A DNA stretch of 64,000 nt from Octopus vulgaris. Its lineage: Eukaryota. Shown in pieces: positions 12,821-26,958 of the stretch. The first letter of the stretch is position 1, and each line of letters opens with the position of its first letter. The translations under genes and the position numbers were made by a program. Below the pieces are notes generated by a model that saw only the letters and a program-made list of their open reading frames with translations, had not been told where the DNA came from and did no database searches. The stretch is from assembly GCA_951406725.2 (NCBI GenBank), contig OX597814.1:138260001-138324000 (forward strand), written 5' to 3'.

Positions 12821-13282
12821 TATACAGCTGTTATATTAACGTTTTAATGAATATAGCAGCTATATACATCTATGTATGTGTGGCTGTAATTTCTCGACCT
12901 ACTAGAAATAGCAGCAAGATTTTCAAATCGCCCACAATCATCGACCCTCCCCATAAAAATCGAAAACTAAGAGAAAAGGGAAGGAAGGACACATTGGATT
13001 ATATAGTCATGTACTTCAAATCACCTGAGTAAAATGGGATGATCATGACAGCAATGCTTTTTATCAAAGATTTGTTCGTTTAGAGCTAAACAATAACAAC
13101 AGAAATTAACTTCCATTCCATTAAATATCACCACTCCCCTGGCTTCATGAGATATTTCCTGTTTTTGCTTTTTCTGTTCTTTTCCATATTAAAAAATTAT
13201 TACTAAACCTTGACGTAAAAGAAACATTCCTAGAACTGCGGTTAAAAAGTCGACATTTTAGCGAAGAGACAGATGTTAGTTT

Positions 13283-13968
13283 TAGGCTGGTTATGTAGTT
13301 AGAAGTTTGCTTCCTAACCACATGGTTCCGGGTTCAGTCCCACTGCGTGGCACTTTAAGCAAGTGTCTTCTATTATAGCCCCGGGATGACCAAATCCTTG
13401 TGAGTGGATTTGGTAGACGGAATCTGATAGAAGCCGGTGTGTGTGCTTGTGTTTGTCCCCCACCGTAGCTTGATAATCGGTGTTTGTTTACGACCCTGTA
13501 ACTTAGCAGTTCGGCTAAGTAAGTACTAGGCTTTAGAAAAATCTACTAGGTTCGATTTGTTCGGCTAAAATCCTCCAAGGCAGTGCTCCAGCATGGCCGC
13601 AGTCTGAAACAAGTACAAGATAATAATTATAATAATAATAATGGTTCTGGGTTTAGTCCCACTATGTGGCACCTTGAGCAAGTGTTTTCTACAATACCCT
13701 CGGCCCGACCAAGGCCTTGTGAGTGGATTTGGTAGACAGTAACTGAAAGAAGCCCGTCGTATATATATATATATTTGTGTCTGTATTTGTCCTCCCACCA
13801 TCGCTTGACAACCTATATTGGTGTGTTTACGTTCAGTAACTTAGCGGTTCGGCACAGGAGACCAATGGAATAAGTACTAGGCTTACAAAGAAGTCCTGGG
13901 GTCGATTTATTCGACTAAAGGCGATGCTCCAGCATAGCCGCAATCAAATGATTGAAACAAGTAAAAGT
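13283..13968 (+). mobile_element. Two tandem SINE family A copies
   Basis: 13283-13620 and 13641-13968 both match 1751-2165. Confidence 0.85.
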
Positions 13969-14047
13969 AACCATTATTATTGTGAAACTTAGGAATGGTC
14001 ATATTTTGCTAATTAAACATACACGCCTGCATGCACATTCGCATACA

Positions 14048-14078
<31 letters not shown>

Positions 14079-14609
14079 GTATTGAGTGTCCAATAACACT
14101 ATACTTGTTCCATGTCCTCGCGTTGTTGTTTTCACTTTGTTGCTGTTTGGATTAACTTATACATACATGCATATGTATAAAAGAATAAAAGAATATGTAG
14201 AATATATGTTGTCTACGAGTTGTATATATGTTATGCAGAAAGGATGTAAACAAATTTTGAACGAGACATATTTTTTTTGACATGTTTGTTCTTTGCTGCC
14301 AGACTAAATCATGTCAAAGTCTTCCTGCGACAACCATCATCAGCCCCACCTTCTACAACCGGAAACCTTAAGTTCACAGATGTTAGACTGATAAAACAAA
14401 TCAGACAAAATAGATGGACGTAGTAAATAGCCTTGTAGAGAAAGCATATCATTGCCCGCAAGGGCGTTGTCGAGTGGTTGAGAATTTCGCTTCATTGTTT
14501 TCGAAGTTCCGGGTTCAATTTCGTTACGTTTTGGATTTTTTTGCTTTTATTACGTTTTGGATTTTTTCTTTCTTTCTTTCTTTTTTTTTTTTTGCTAATT
14601 ATTACTAAT

Positions 14610-15035
14610 GCGCCGGTTTGACTGTGTGGTTAAGAAGCTTCGCTTTGCAACCATGTGGTTTCGGGTTCGGTCCCATAGCGTGGCACCCTGGACAAGTGTC
14701 TTCTGCTCTAGCCCCTCGGGCAGACCAATGTCTTGTGAGTGAATTTTGGAAACTGAAACTCTGTGAAAGCTCACTGTATATACATACATACATACATTCA
14801 TACATACATACATACATACATACATACATACATACATACATACATACGTATGTGCGTGTGTGTGAACACTTGACAACCAGTGTTGGTTTGTTTACGTCAT
14901 CGTAATTTAGAGCTTCGACAAAAGGATTCTGAAAGGTTAGGTATCAAACTTATAGAAAGATTTGTTCGACTAAAAACCTTCCAAGGCGGTGTCCTAGCAT
15001 GGCTGCAATCCAATGACCGAAACAAGTAAAAGGTA
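14610..15035 (+). mobile_element. Diverged SINE family A
   Basis: Same head, body and tail, with an internal (CATA)n. Confidence 0.75.
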
Positions 15036-15150
15036 AACGAAAGCCTCGGTTGGCCCAAGTCACCTGAGTGAATTAAAGCACGCAAAAACTGTTGAAGTTC
15101 GTTGGATGTACTTTACCTGTAATTCAAACGGGTAGCCGTCTGTCTGTCAA

Positions 15151-15215
<65 letters not shown>

Positions 15216-15536
15216 CACACACAGAGTCTCATTCGTCATGCTGGTCATACCTGAGGATACATATAGTGATACATATAATTGTGGAGTACTCAGTCATCTA
15301 CACTTTAACTGGACTCATCTAGGCGATGTCGTGTTGTCACCATCCAATTAGATCAGTATTTTTCAAGTTCTTTAACTGAGGCCCTCACCGTTCTTTCTTT
15401 TACACCAGTGGTTCTCAACCATTTTTTTTTACCCCTGGATCCCTTAAATTGTTATTTCATTCTGATGAACCTCCATAGCTATTCCATATTTACAAACTAG
15501 TTCTATAGATGCTTCTTTTATACGCACTCCCCACAC

Positions 15537-15605
<69 letters not shown>

Positions 15606-15642
15606 GTACGCGCATGCATGCAAACACACGCATAAACATTCG

Positions 15643-15676
<34 letters not shown>

Positions 15677-16105
15677 TACATACATACATTATTCTTTTAA
15701 ATTTCCTATTTTATTTTTTCACACGTTCACTTGTATAGGTTTTGTAATAGCACTCCCCGAGAGAACATATTTCAGTGATCAGAAACATGTTGAACCATGT
15801 AAAACGTGAAAGAAAGAAACCTCTTTGTTTCTTGTAATAAATACATCTACAAGCAAAATTTATTCATGGTATTCGATGTTGCTTAACGTCGGTGATCGAA
15901 CGAGAACCGGTGCTTTCAACGTTTCTTTAATATATATATAAAGTAGTTGTATACTGTCAACTTAATGTGACGGTCCCATGAAGGGAATCATACTACTGCT
16001 ATTTAGCCCTAGGAAGCAGCAGCGCTTCCTGTCGGCCTTCACATATTTCCTGTGTCCTTATGTTTGCAAGGGGGAGATGAGCACCTCTACCCAGCTAAGC
16101 CTGCA

Positions 16106-16148
16106 TCCAGAGACTAGTTTCTGAGTCTTTGCTTGTCATCAGTCTGGA
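16106..16148 (-). ncRNA. Minimal type I hammerhead ribozyme motif with canonical core
   Basis: TCCAGA CTGATGA CAAGCAAAGACTCA GAAAC TA GTC TCTGGA: 6-bp helix I, CUGAUGA, GAAA, palindromic ACUAGU helix III and a GUC site. Helix II is poorly paired. Lies in a ~220-bp element (15940-16163) flanked by (TA)n. Confidence 0.75.
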
Positions 16149-16161
16149 GTTACATGGCCTG

Positions 16162-16217
<56 letters not shown>

Positions 16218-16243
16218 CATACATACATACATACATACATACA

Positions 16244-16277
<34 letters not shown>

Positions 16278-16351
16278 CATACATACATAAAGCACGATTT
16301 ATTTGTGATCAGAGTTGTTCGAAAATCGAGGTACTACTGTATATATATATA

Positions 16352-16677
16352 TGCGAGGTCATTCAACCCTATTATCTCCCCTAATTTCGCTCTTGCGTCT
16401 CATGTTTGATCTTTGACTTCTGGCCGAAATCAGATCGCCATGTTGATTCGCTAGCTTCTGCACGCATATTTTTTCTCTCTCCTTCTTTCTGTGTTTTTTT
16501 TTCTCTGTGTATCTTTCTGTTGAAGAGCGTAGGCTCGAAACATTAAAGACTTGTTTTATTTATATTTCCTGAGCGCCATACTAATACAATTGTTTGTTTG
16601 TATTCCACCTGCCTTCGTCTTTTGTTTATTTCCGTAAACCTGCCTTCGTCTTTTGTCTATTTTCATAAAGCTTCCCG

Positions 16678-16678
<1 letters not shown>
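16352..16678 (+). mobile_element. PLE-like 3' end in (TA)n with an HHR-like motif at 16512-16549
   Basis: TCTTT CTGTTGA A GAGC GTAG GCTC GAAAC ATT AAAGA. The downstream tail is homologous to 8090-8198. (TA)n on both sides. Confidence 0.65.
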
Positions 16679-16725
<47 letters not shown>

Positions 16726-16901
16726 TTGATTGCTCGAAATGGGGAGTAGATAGACAGCCGACAACCGATGAAGGGTCGTTCTTTGTATTTTTTTGTATTA
16801 CTTGTCTCGTTTTCCATTTTTTCTCTCGTTATGTGCGTATTTGACTCACTTTTTTTCGCATTTCATGTTGTTTACTGTTGGTGACGTCCTATACCCATAT
16901 A

Positions 16902-16973
<72 letters not shown>

Positions 16974-17736
16974 AAGAGAGAGAAAAAACTAAGACTATAG
17001 AAACTGCGCAGATGCACCTTTTGCTCCCCATCACTTCCTTTGTCTCCAGTACCTATATAAAATTTTCCACCGGCCCTTAAGGGACAGTAATACCCTCTTT
17101 GGGAAGCATTGATCTAAACAGACCAAAAGATATGTTCAAACTCTCCTCGGTTGATTTCGTTTTATTCTTCGTCATCGACGTTGATACAGTTATTGGTAGT
17201 AACGTATTGGGAATGGATAAGAGCCACTACATGGTTGCTCGACACGTTAGAAACACCAATAAAATCTCTCGTATATCGTAATCTAACCATCTTTAAACAA
17301 AAGAATCATTCGAATGTAGTTATGAATATAGAAATGACCGAATGATCACAGCTGAAGAGCCTTTGGTCAAGGTTTTTTTTTTCGATAAGGACATTAACAG
17401 GGGGCTAACACAAACGAAATCTAGTCTTATGTCTAGTCAATAGAGACCCTTCCCCTACTAACCAGCCCTTAGTTCTCCTCCACCTCATCATCATCATCAG
17501 CATCATCTTCGCCGCCATCACTATTCATCATTAGCATCATCGCCGTCGTCATCATCGTCATCGTTGCTATTGTCAATTGAGGGTTTCGTGCAGTTTAGAA
17601 ACAGCTGTTGAATAAGGGACCAAGAAAGTGAGTGTTTAGTTGACGAGAAATCTAATCTACTGTTGGACGAAATTAAAACCTGAGACTGATCTAATCTATT
17701 CCGCTCCTTAAACACACACACACACACACGCGCGCG

Positions 17737-17831
<95 letters not shown>

Positions 17832-17956
17832 TTTCATGGTTAGATTAATAAGTTATAAAAAGCTAGATGTGTAGGGTAGATTATAGGAGATAAGTCAGTG
17901 AGAGCAATTTTTAATTGCTGCAATAAACGATTACTTTAAGACAATAATGTATATAC

Positions 17957-17987
<31 letters not shown>

Positions 17988-18377
17988 TGTATGTATGTAT
18001 GTATGTATGTATGTATGTATGTTTGTATGTATGTATGTATGTATGTATGTATGTAGTTATGCATGTATGTATGTATTTATGCATGTATGTATGTATGTAT
18101 GTATGTATGTATGTATGCATGCATGCATGTATGTTTGTATGTATGTATGTTTGTATGTATGTATGTATGATTGCACGCATGCATGCACGTATGTTTATAT
18201 ATATATATATGTATATAACATGTATGTGAGTGTGTGTGTCTACGTATATGTGTGCGTAGGTGTAAGACACAGCGTGTATTAGTGAGAAAACCTAAGATAA
18301 ACTTTAGTTAAACTGCAGGTTTTAAGTCGTACCGTGTGCAACTTTAAAACAGATGTGAATACTTCTTGTTACTCTCT

Positions 18378-18423
<46 letters not shown>

Positions 18424-18500
18424 CAAACAAACGCACTCACGGAACAGACATAAGGAGACTTTACCCAGAAGATAGCGGAGTGTTGTGCTCGGTAGCTTAA

Positions 18501-18569
<69 letters not shown>

Positions 18570-18757
18570 GTTGAATGAATTATCCTAGTATGGATAATTC
18601 GGTTAACCGATACCCGGGTAGCAAATTTACGTCAGAAAGCACGGTTGAAGCTACATGCCAAGGGCAGAAATCACGTGCTTTCGTGTGGAAATTTGTGTTT
18701 TTTTTTACTATAGATAAATGAAAGATAAATGAAAGTTCGACTCCATTCTTTCATTTA

Positions 18758-18796
<39 letters not shown>

Positions 18797-19112
18797 CTGC
18801 TGGCGGCAATATCTTCAGTGATACATCAACGTGAATCGTAACACTTAATGGGTTACGAGATCAAACCGTGTTGACAGATAGGATAATCAACTTCCTTAAA
18901 ATATCTTTACACCTACACCCCCCCCCCACAGATGCGTGTGCGCAGTCGCTCATCTGTTTGGGTTTTATGACTTAGGCAAGTGTCTTGGCTCCAGACAGTC
19001 CTTTCTAACGCGTCTTGCTGTTGTTTAGCCCAGGTCAGCTGTCAGTCATTATGAAAGGACATCCAGCCGTGACAATTTCCGTCTCTACTGTATAACTGGA
19101 ACCACAATGTCT

Positions 19113-19525
19113 AATGCTCTTTTTACTCTTTTACCTGTTTCAGTCATTTGACTGCGGCCATGCTGGAGCACCGCCTTTAGTCGAGCAAATCGACCCCAGG
19201 ACTTATTCTTTGGAAGCCTGGTACTTATTTTTATCGGTCTCTTTTGCTGAACCGCTAAGTTACGGGGACGTAAACACACCAGCATCGGTTGTCAAGCGAT
19301 GTTGCGGAGGGGGACAAACACAGACACACAAACATATACACACACATACATATATATATTCATATATACGACGGGCTTCTTTCAGTTTCCGTCTACCAAA
19401 TCCACTCACAAGGCTTTGGTTGGCCCGAGGCTATAGTAGAAGACACTTGCCCAAAGTGCCAAGCAGTGGGAATGGACCCGGAACCATGTGGTTGGTAAGC
19501 AAGCTACTTACCACACAGCCACTCC
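19113..19525 (-). mobile_element. SINE family A
   Basis: Reverse complement of 1751-2165, nested in another repeat (19020-19110 and 19530-19615). Confidence 0.9.
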
Positions 19526-20150
19526 ACGTCTCTATTAAAAGGACGGTTGTGTGTGACGTGAGGGAGATTTGGCTGTTTTTCCTATGAAGTCAAAAAGCTG
19601 CGCACAGGCTTCCTAGTTAACTCGCCACTACCGTCGCCGCCGATGATGATGATGATGATGATTAAAGCATGAAAAACAATGGTTGGTAGCGATGGGGTTG
19701 ACGTTAACAGGAGTGAAGGGCAATCTCCAAGTTCGTGATGATGATGATGGTAACGATAAAGACAATGACGATGGTAACGATAAAGACAATGACGATGGTA
19801 ATAGAGCTGATTCTAATGATAATGGCTGATGTTGGTGATGACGACGACGATGATGATGATGATGATGATGATGGTGATACGGGCAAAGGCCATGACGAAA
19901 ACGAAATAATAAATAAAAGTGCAGACTCTACATATTGAGGTAGTAAATTAGTTATATATGTTTCTTCCTGTATTTGTACTCACCATCTGTTGACAGTCAG
20001 GCTGGTTTGAAACCCATTAGGGAGCTGGCGATAAATTAATAGATAGGTAGACAGACAGACATACAGATAGATAGATAGGTCGGTAGGTAGAAATGGACAG
20101 GTAAATAGAGACAGACAGATAGCTAGATAGATAGGTGGTTAGATAGATAA

Positions 20151-20206
<56 letters not shown>

Positions 20207-20235
20207 GTGGGTAGGTAGGTAGGTAGGTAGGTAGG

Positions 20236-20278
<43 letters not shown>

Positions 20279-20817
20279 ACAGATAGATAATAGGTGAGTA
20301 GGTAGAGAATTTGAAAGGTACTTTGAAGAGGGGCAGGGAGGAAATATACGTGAGAAATAGTCTGTGTGTATGTACGTCTTCTATGTTTGTATGTATGTAT
20401 GTATGTATGTATGTATATATATATAATTATTTTTATAACTGTATTTTTATATTATGTATTAATTTTAATGGTACACTGTATTTTTCCTCTTTGCTTATTT
20501 AATGATTTTCATTATGTTTTCAATATGATATACATAAATTTCTTTGTACGTTCCTCCCTGATGATATTCTGGCTTATAATAATTAACCAAATTGATTTAA
20601 ATATATTAAATTTGATTGATTTTATACTATAAGCGATGAATTGAAACAATTGTAGGTCTTATCAATGTATTAATAAATTTTTATTAATTTTATCTCCATC
20701 TTCTTTCTTGGTTTGTTATAATAATATATATATCTGTGTGCCTATATTATAAAGTATTCTACCAGTCTAATCTTGGATATTTCTATCCATCTGAGGTTTA
20801 TATATCCTCATCTGTAC

Positions 20818-20859
<42 letters not shown>

Positions 20860-20999
20860 TCGTCCGGTCATGGAATCGAACCCACTTGGCCTACTGGTTA
20901 GAGTGTTCAGCTTATGATCAGATATATTTTAACAGACACACGCACACAAATACACCCACCCACCCACACACACACATGCACTCTATTTGTGAGTTAACA

Positions 21000-21051
21000 A
21001 GGCTACCATTAGTTTCATGCTAAGAGAAATCTTTCAGCAATTATCAAACCT
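21000..21051 (-). ncRNA. Type I hammerhead motif with U3-A8 core
   Basis: AGGT TTGATAA T TGCTGA AAGA TT TCT C TTAGCA T GAAA CT AAT GGT A GCCT: helices I, II and III all form, with a GUA site. Confidence 0.65.
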
Positions 21052-21216
21052 GCCACATGGAACGTTGGTACTCGTTTTCAAGATAGAAACAAGTATCAAA
21101 GTTCCATGTGGCTGGCTTTCTCGGCATGAAGACAATAGTAGCATTGTTAACTCACAAACAAAGAATATTTACCCACCAATGCAGTGTTGAGCACTCATTC
21201 TCACTGTCCTATATAA

Positions 21217-21277
<61 letters not shown>

Positions 21278-21837
21278 ATTGAAATATATTATATATATAT
21301 ATATATATGATATTGAAATATATAATATTGAAATATATGTTTATTGAATTTTATTGAAAATTTACTTTATTTCACATGAACCCAGAATTTTATCATAGAT
21401 CTCTTGGGAAACACTGCCCTAATATGTCCTTAGGCACGTACAGATGAAAAATAAGTACGACTTTAATCCCAGGGAAAGCTAAAAAATACTAGCACTGGCC
21501 CAAATCGAACTTGTGTCGAAATACATCCACACCCTTCATTCACACATTTTAATGACGTGGTCGGGGTTGGTGTGAGATGCTGATAATCTCAGTTGTTCAG
21601 TCTCCAAATAACTCAAAGTGTTTGTCCCTAGAGGTTCTTATTGTGTTACTGCTATTCATAGGGACCCGCCCTTGGTATAGGCAGTTCAAGGTCCTTGGTT
21701 ATTTTGGCACATTTGGAATTTTCACTGACAAAGTAAAATACTTAACGGCATCGAATGACAAACTGATATAACACCCCACCTCTTCCACTACTTCTCCCTA
21801 TTTTTCATACATACATGTGTACATATATATATATATA

Positions 21838-21918
<81 letters not shown>

Positions 21919-22899
21919 TTTGTATATGAGTGTGTGTATATATATATATATATGTATATGGTAATTGCTTCATGTCCACAGATGCTTGCCGTCCCTTTGT
22001 GCTTCCTCGTTATCTATGGCATTTTGGACTTTCCATTCATGACCACTTAGATGACTGTACAGTTCCGTTTCAGATCTGTATGGGTTGAAACATAAGTGAC
22101 AGACGAAAGTTGTACCTTACCATGCGCTTCCAACTGGTTAGGTGAGCATACGTTACCACTCTTTTTTCGCCATAGGAATTTCGGCAGAGCGGGAGGACAA
22201 ATGAAGTCACCCTAAAGAGACATCTAAACGTCATTGAATTATAGTAATAAACACTTGTACAAGACGAGTATCGCTCTCTGAGTGACTGTGATTAATGCGT
22301 AACGACAGACCGAGATGAGATGACTATTAATCATGTAAAACCGTTGGTTTTACAACAGTGAGTCTCTATCGTAGAAGGAGCTTGTAGTCCCACGCTCCTA
22401 GCGGTTTTCCTGCATGCCCTGACACCAACCAAAGACATTTCTTTGTCCCTGCACTCAGATGGAATGTTGTCACAAGTGCTAACGAACCCATAGTTAGGAT
22501 CTTGACAGGTGCTGCTACGCCGGGTCAGTATAGATCTGGGAACAATTGTGGCTAAAAGGTGGTTCCATACACCTCAAAACTCAGGAATTCCCGAATCAAG
22601 GCTTTACTACCTGATGCAGTTTAGTCATACCCAGGACATACACATGCACACACACATACACACACACACATACATGCACGTACACACACACATACACACA
22701 CACACACATATGCACGCACGCGCACGCACGCGCACGCACACGCACGCACACGCACACACACCACACACACGACAGTCTTTCAGTTTCCGTGTACCAAATC
22801 TATTCCAAAGGCTTTGGTCGATCTAGGGCTTTTGTAGAAGACATTAACCCAAGATCTCACGCAGTGGAACTGAACTCAGAACCGTAAATGTGTATGTGT

Positions 22900-22936
<37 letters not shown>

Positions 22937-23214
22937 ATAAAATTTTGCTGGGTGATAACAGAAGTAGCCATTGTCGAATAGAAAGTACTCAATACACAAC
23001 CCTCGTAAAGTGAAAGGTCCTTTGTTGTTGTTAGTATTGTCATTTGTATTTTTGTAGATTTTAATTAATAAGGATGAACTTAACGTCACAAACAGTCTAT
23101 CTGGTGTTGTATATCGTTGGCTATGATAATTACGAAAACTAGTGTGTATGAATGAATACAAATTTCAAAAGCCAGGAAAATCCTCCCCGACCCCGGAAAA
23201 TTAGAAATAATAAA

Positions 23215-23520
23215 AGAAGATCACAACATTACGACAGAACTATTTCACCTCAACTGGCCCTGCTCTCTTCAACATCGTGCCAGCCCACATAAAGGAGGAA
23301 AGCGATTTCGCGGCATTCAAACGGTCCCTAGATGATCACCTCCAAAAAATACCAGTCAAACCACCCACACCCGGATATGTCTCTGAAAACAATAACCCAC
23401 TCCTCGAATGGGCTATGGTGCTCAAGGGCTGATTGTGTATCTCTTCCAGCTAGTGCTATTAAATTAGACATGACCTTTAGCCGACTTCGGCCGAAACTTA
23501 TCTAAGTAATTCTAAGTAAA
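23215..23520 (+). mobile_element. CR1/L2-superclade LINE 3' fragment
   Basis: Translates RQNYFTSTGPALFNIVPAHIKEESDFAAFKRSLDDHLQKIPVKPPTPGY, followed by a short 3' UTR and a tctaagtaa repeat tail. Confidence 0.7.
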
Positions 23521-23649
23521 AATTCAGGGAAACAATTTGGTCTGCAAAAATCGGTAAATGATGTTGACAGACAACACAAACGTTTTGTTATTTTTGGTAA
23601 CTCTGAAAGTATATTTAGGTTGTTGCGTCACTTTACGCTGCTCACTAAT

Positions 23650-24340
23650 TATGGTTTCAAATGTTGACACAAGGCTAGTAATTTTCGAAGGAGTGGCTCG
23701 CTGATTGCAGTGAATCTAGTACACAACTGGTACATATTTTATCGAACCCATTAGGAGGAAAGGCAAAGTCGACCTCAACGAAACTTGAACTCAGAACGCA
23801 ATGAGTCGGAAGAAACGCTACTTAGCCTTTCGTCCGGCGCGCTAACGATGCTGCCAGCTCGCCACCTTTCACAGCACATGAATGATTTTTTTCTGAGTTT
23901 GGTATAAGGCCTATGATTTGAACTCTGAACGTAAAGATCCGAAAACAATTTATTTTCTGTTTAAGTCCTAGCGAAATCTAAGCCATAAATGAGTTTGACC
24001 GAAGGTGTACAACCGAGGAACCAGGATATTCTTTCCTACTCTAGGCACAAGGCCCGGAATTTTGGGTAGGGTGCCAGTCGATTAGATCGACCTTAGTACG
24101 CAACTGGTATTTAATTTATCGACCCCCGAGAAGACGAAAGGCAAAGTCGACCTCGGCGGAATTTGAACTCAAAACATAAAGACAGACGAAATGCCGCTAA
24201 ACATTTCTTCCGGGGTGCTAACGTTCCTGCCAGGTCGCCGCCTTGAGGAGGAACTAGAATATTCTTTTCTATTCTAGGCACAAGGCCCGAAATTTTTGGG
24301 GAGGGTGCCAGTCGATTAGATAGATCGACACACGTTACGC
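23650..24340 (-). mobile_element. Cluster of SINE family B copies
   Basis: Repeated GGCAAAGTCGACCTCGGCGGAATTTGAACTC blocks. Confidence 0.8.
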
Positions 24341-25499
24341 CACTGTACTGAAACTTGGTTTAGGAATGCTAGAATTTAGAAACACTTGTGCATTACAAGC
24401 TACTCCTAAAATGGTTGGCAACGGACGAAGCCTTCCATATCACTGTGCTCATAAAAGCGTAAATGTAATGATTGTGACTCAATTACCTATGTTACACTTA
24501 TCTTTTAAGTACTCACAATAATAATAATAATAAAATGCGTAAGTTTTTCAGAAACATTTTGTTGGTATTTCTCATAGGACAGTTTGTTAGTGGGTGTATT
24601 CTACCGGGATCAGAATGCAGATGTTTCATATATATAATATAACATAGTTATCAATTATAAATTGATAAAGATCTCACCTACCCGGAATGGTAGGTGAAGA
24701 GATGGCAACATTGCATATTGTTAAAAATGGTTTAACTGCTTTGCTTCGCACTCAGTTGATAAAAGGCATTCTAAGTTCGTTCTATTAAAGCAGATGCTTC
24801 CATTTTCGATCTAGTTTTCCCCTGCTTTTCTCATTTACAAAAAACTCTTTTTAATCTGTTCTCTCTTCTTTTCCTTGCTACTCACTCACTCATTTATATG
24901 TCTATAATCAGTCATTCTTTCTCGTATTTGTCTATACTCGGTTACTCTGCCTGGTATTCTCTTTCTTGTTTTCATTTCTTTATCTCTTTTCCGAATCTTT
25001 TTTCCCTTCTCGCCTGCGTTCCTTTCTTTTTCTTCGCTTCCTCGTTTATTTTTCTAACACCCATCACCTCTCTCTGATTTTACTTATCACCACCATTGTC
25101 AATATAGGGTTTCACTATCATTTTTATATTAGATAATCTACTACAATCCCTTTTGCTTCCAGCTCCTCTTTTCTTTATCTTTTTGAAGTTGCGATAATTT
25201 TTTTTCTTTCTTCTTTATCTCTTCCTAGTTTTATCTTTTCATCTTAGATTCTTTTTGGAACATCCAGAATTAGTTCGAAAAAAAAAAGTCACTTGTTCCC
25301 ACGAGGTTCCTGATAGAGAAAGGGTTATAGTCTATTTTTATTAATACACACAACCATATACAAATCGCGGAGATGCCTTAACTGCCGGAATATAGCATTG
25401 ACTTAATGTTATATCCCTCTCCTATGCAGTCTCAGGACTCAAAATCATGGTCACACAGCCATATTTAAAACATATTTCTAACCAACGACGGAGCCTTAA

Positions 25500-25680
25500 A
25501 GTAGTCGTTTGACCTGCTAGAAATACAAGCGCAGACTCTCCCAAATTATAGCTAGCCTGCTTAAAAAGGAAAAGGAAACATGCGCCCATTTTACCTGAAA
25601 TAAAGGAGGAATGATCTTAGCTTGAATGCCTTTGATAAAAGGTCTGCTCAAACAAGGTTAACCTGGGGCTAAACAACATC
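25500..25680 (+). repeat. Dispersed repeat family E (unclassified)
   Basis: CTGCTAGAAATA..GAATGCCTTTGAT..CCTGGGGCTAAACAAC. Related copies near 7470, 10350, 12895, 19020, 32270, 46640 and 51340. Confidence 0.55.
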
Positions 25681-25707
25681 AACACCAACTTAAATATTTA
25701 CTTCCTG

Positions 25708-25950
25708 GTGACTAGTGGTCTAGTGGTTAGGGTGCTGCAGTCACGAACGCAAAGTTGTGGTTTCGATTCTCGGACCGGAAGGTGCGCTCTGTTCTTGAGC
25801 AAAGCTCTTCATTTCATGTTGGTCCAGTCCAGTCAGCTATAAATGAATAACTCTGCAACGCATTGGCGTCCCGTTTGAGGAGATTATTCTGATCTTGGTC
25901 ACTTATACGTCATGGAAACCAAGTAACTAGCTCTATAAGCCCCAGAACTC
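25708..25950 (+). mobile_element. SINE family C
   Basis: GTGGTCTAGTGGTTAGGGTG..GGTTTCGATTC..TTCTTGAGCAAAGCTCTTCATTTCA. Confidence 0.75.
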
Positions 25951-26482
25951 GAGGTAGTAATGTCCAGATGTTGAAGAAGATGGTGATGTTAATGGTAAAG
26001 TAACAGGTAAGCATTTGGTGTTTTGGTTTCAGTTTCCTTTTGAATCCATTCACTATTGTATTGACGCCAGTAAAACCATTGTGAATAGCAGGAACGTTAC
26101 AACTCTATTTCGCCTTCTCTTAAAATGCAAAGCCTCTGTACATCGTCATGAAATAATTTCGTATTGACCTCTTGAATAGCGCCTTTTGTAAAATGTGTTC
26201 TTCCACCTTACCCTGAACTATGAGGAAAGCCTTTATGTGGTTGCTCAACTTGCTAGTTATAGAAGTTATATCACCAATTACACCCTACCGCCTATAAAAA
26301 GAAAAGAATACATTGGATAATGATGTCCTGTACACACTTTTTTGGCCATGCTGGAATTACCATCTTGAAGGGTTTAGTCGAACAAAGCTACCCCAGTACT
26401 TATTTTCAAGTCTGGTACTTATTCTATCGATTTATATTACCAAACTGCATCGGCTTGAGAAGTAGTGGTGACAAGCACAATA

Positions 26483-26516
<34 letters not shown>

Positions 26517-26912
26517 GTAGCAGATATATAAACAGGGCTAATTTAACAAGTTCTCCATAGATTAGAACCAACGATAACAGACTTAACCGATTTTCTAAAC
26601 TTATTGGGATTTCATCAGCGGTATCTACATTATTCTGAGAAATCCCAGAGAAATAAGTTAATTAATCTCTTTATATATTCAACAAATCCTGTAGCTACAG
26701 AGAACTGGGGCTACTAACTTGCATATCATTAGCGTTTAATATTATTTAATATCAAGGGCCTAGGTGTGGTTGTGTGGTAAGAAGTTTACCTCTCAACCTC
26801 ATGGTCCTGGGTTCAGTTCCACTGCGTGGCACCTCGAGCTAGTGTCATCTACTATAGCTCAAGGTTGACAAATGCCTTGTAGCGGATTTGGTAGATGGAA
26901 ACTGAAAGAAAC

Positions 26913-26958
<46 letters not shown>

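Noticed and set aside
22044-22098. HHR-like CACT-TAGATGA-stem-GAAAC-ATA-AGTG
   Set aside because: Three core deviations. Possibly a decayed member of the set, but not supportable alone.
26586-26622. Minus-strand ACCG-CTGATGA..GAAA-AT-CGGT
   Set aside because: No helix II or III, and a competing GGGATTTC/GAAATCCC hairpin. Too weak to call.
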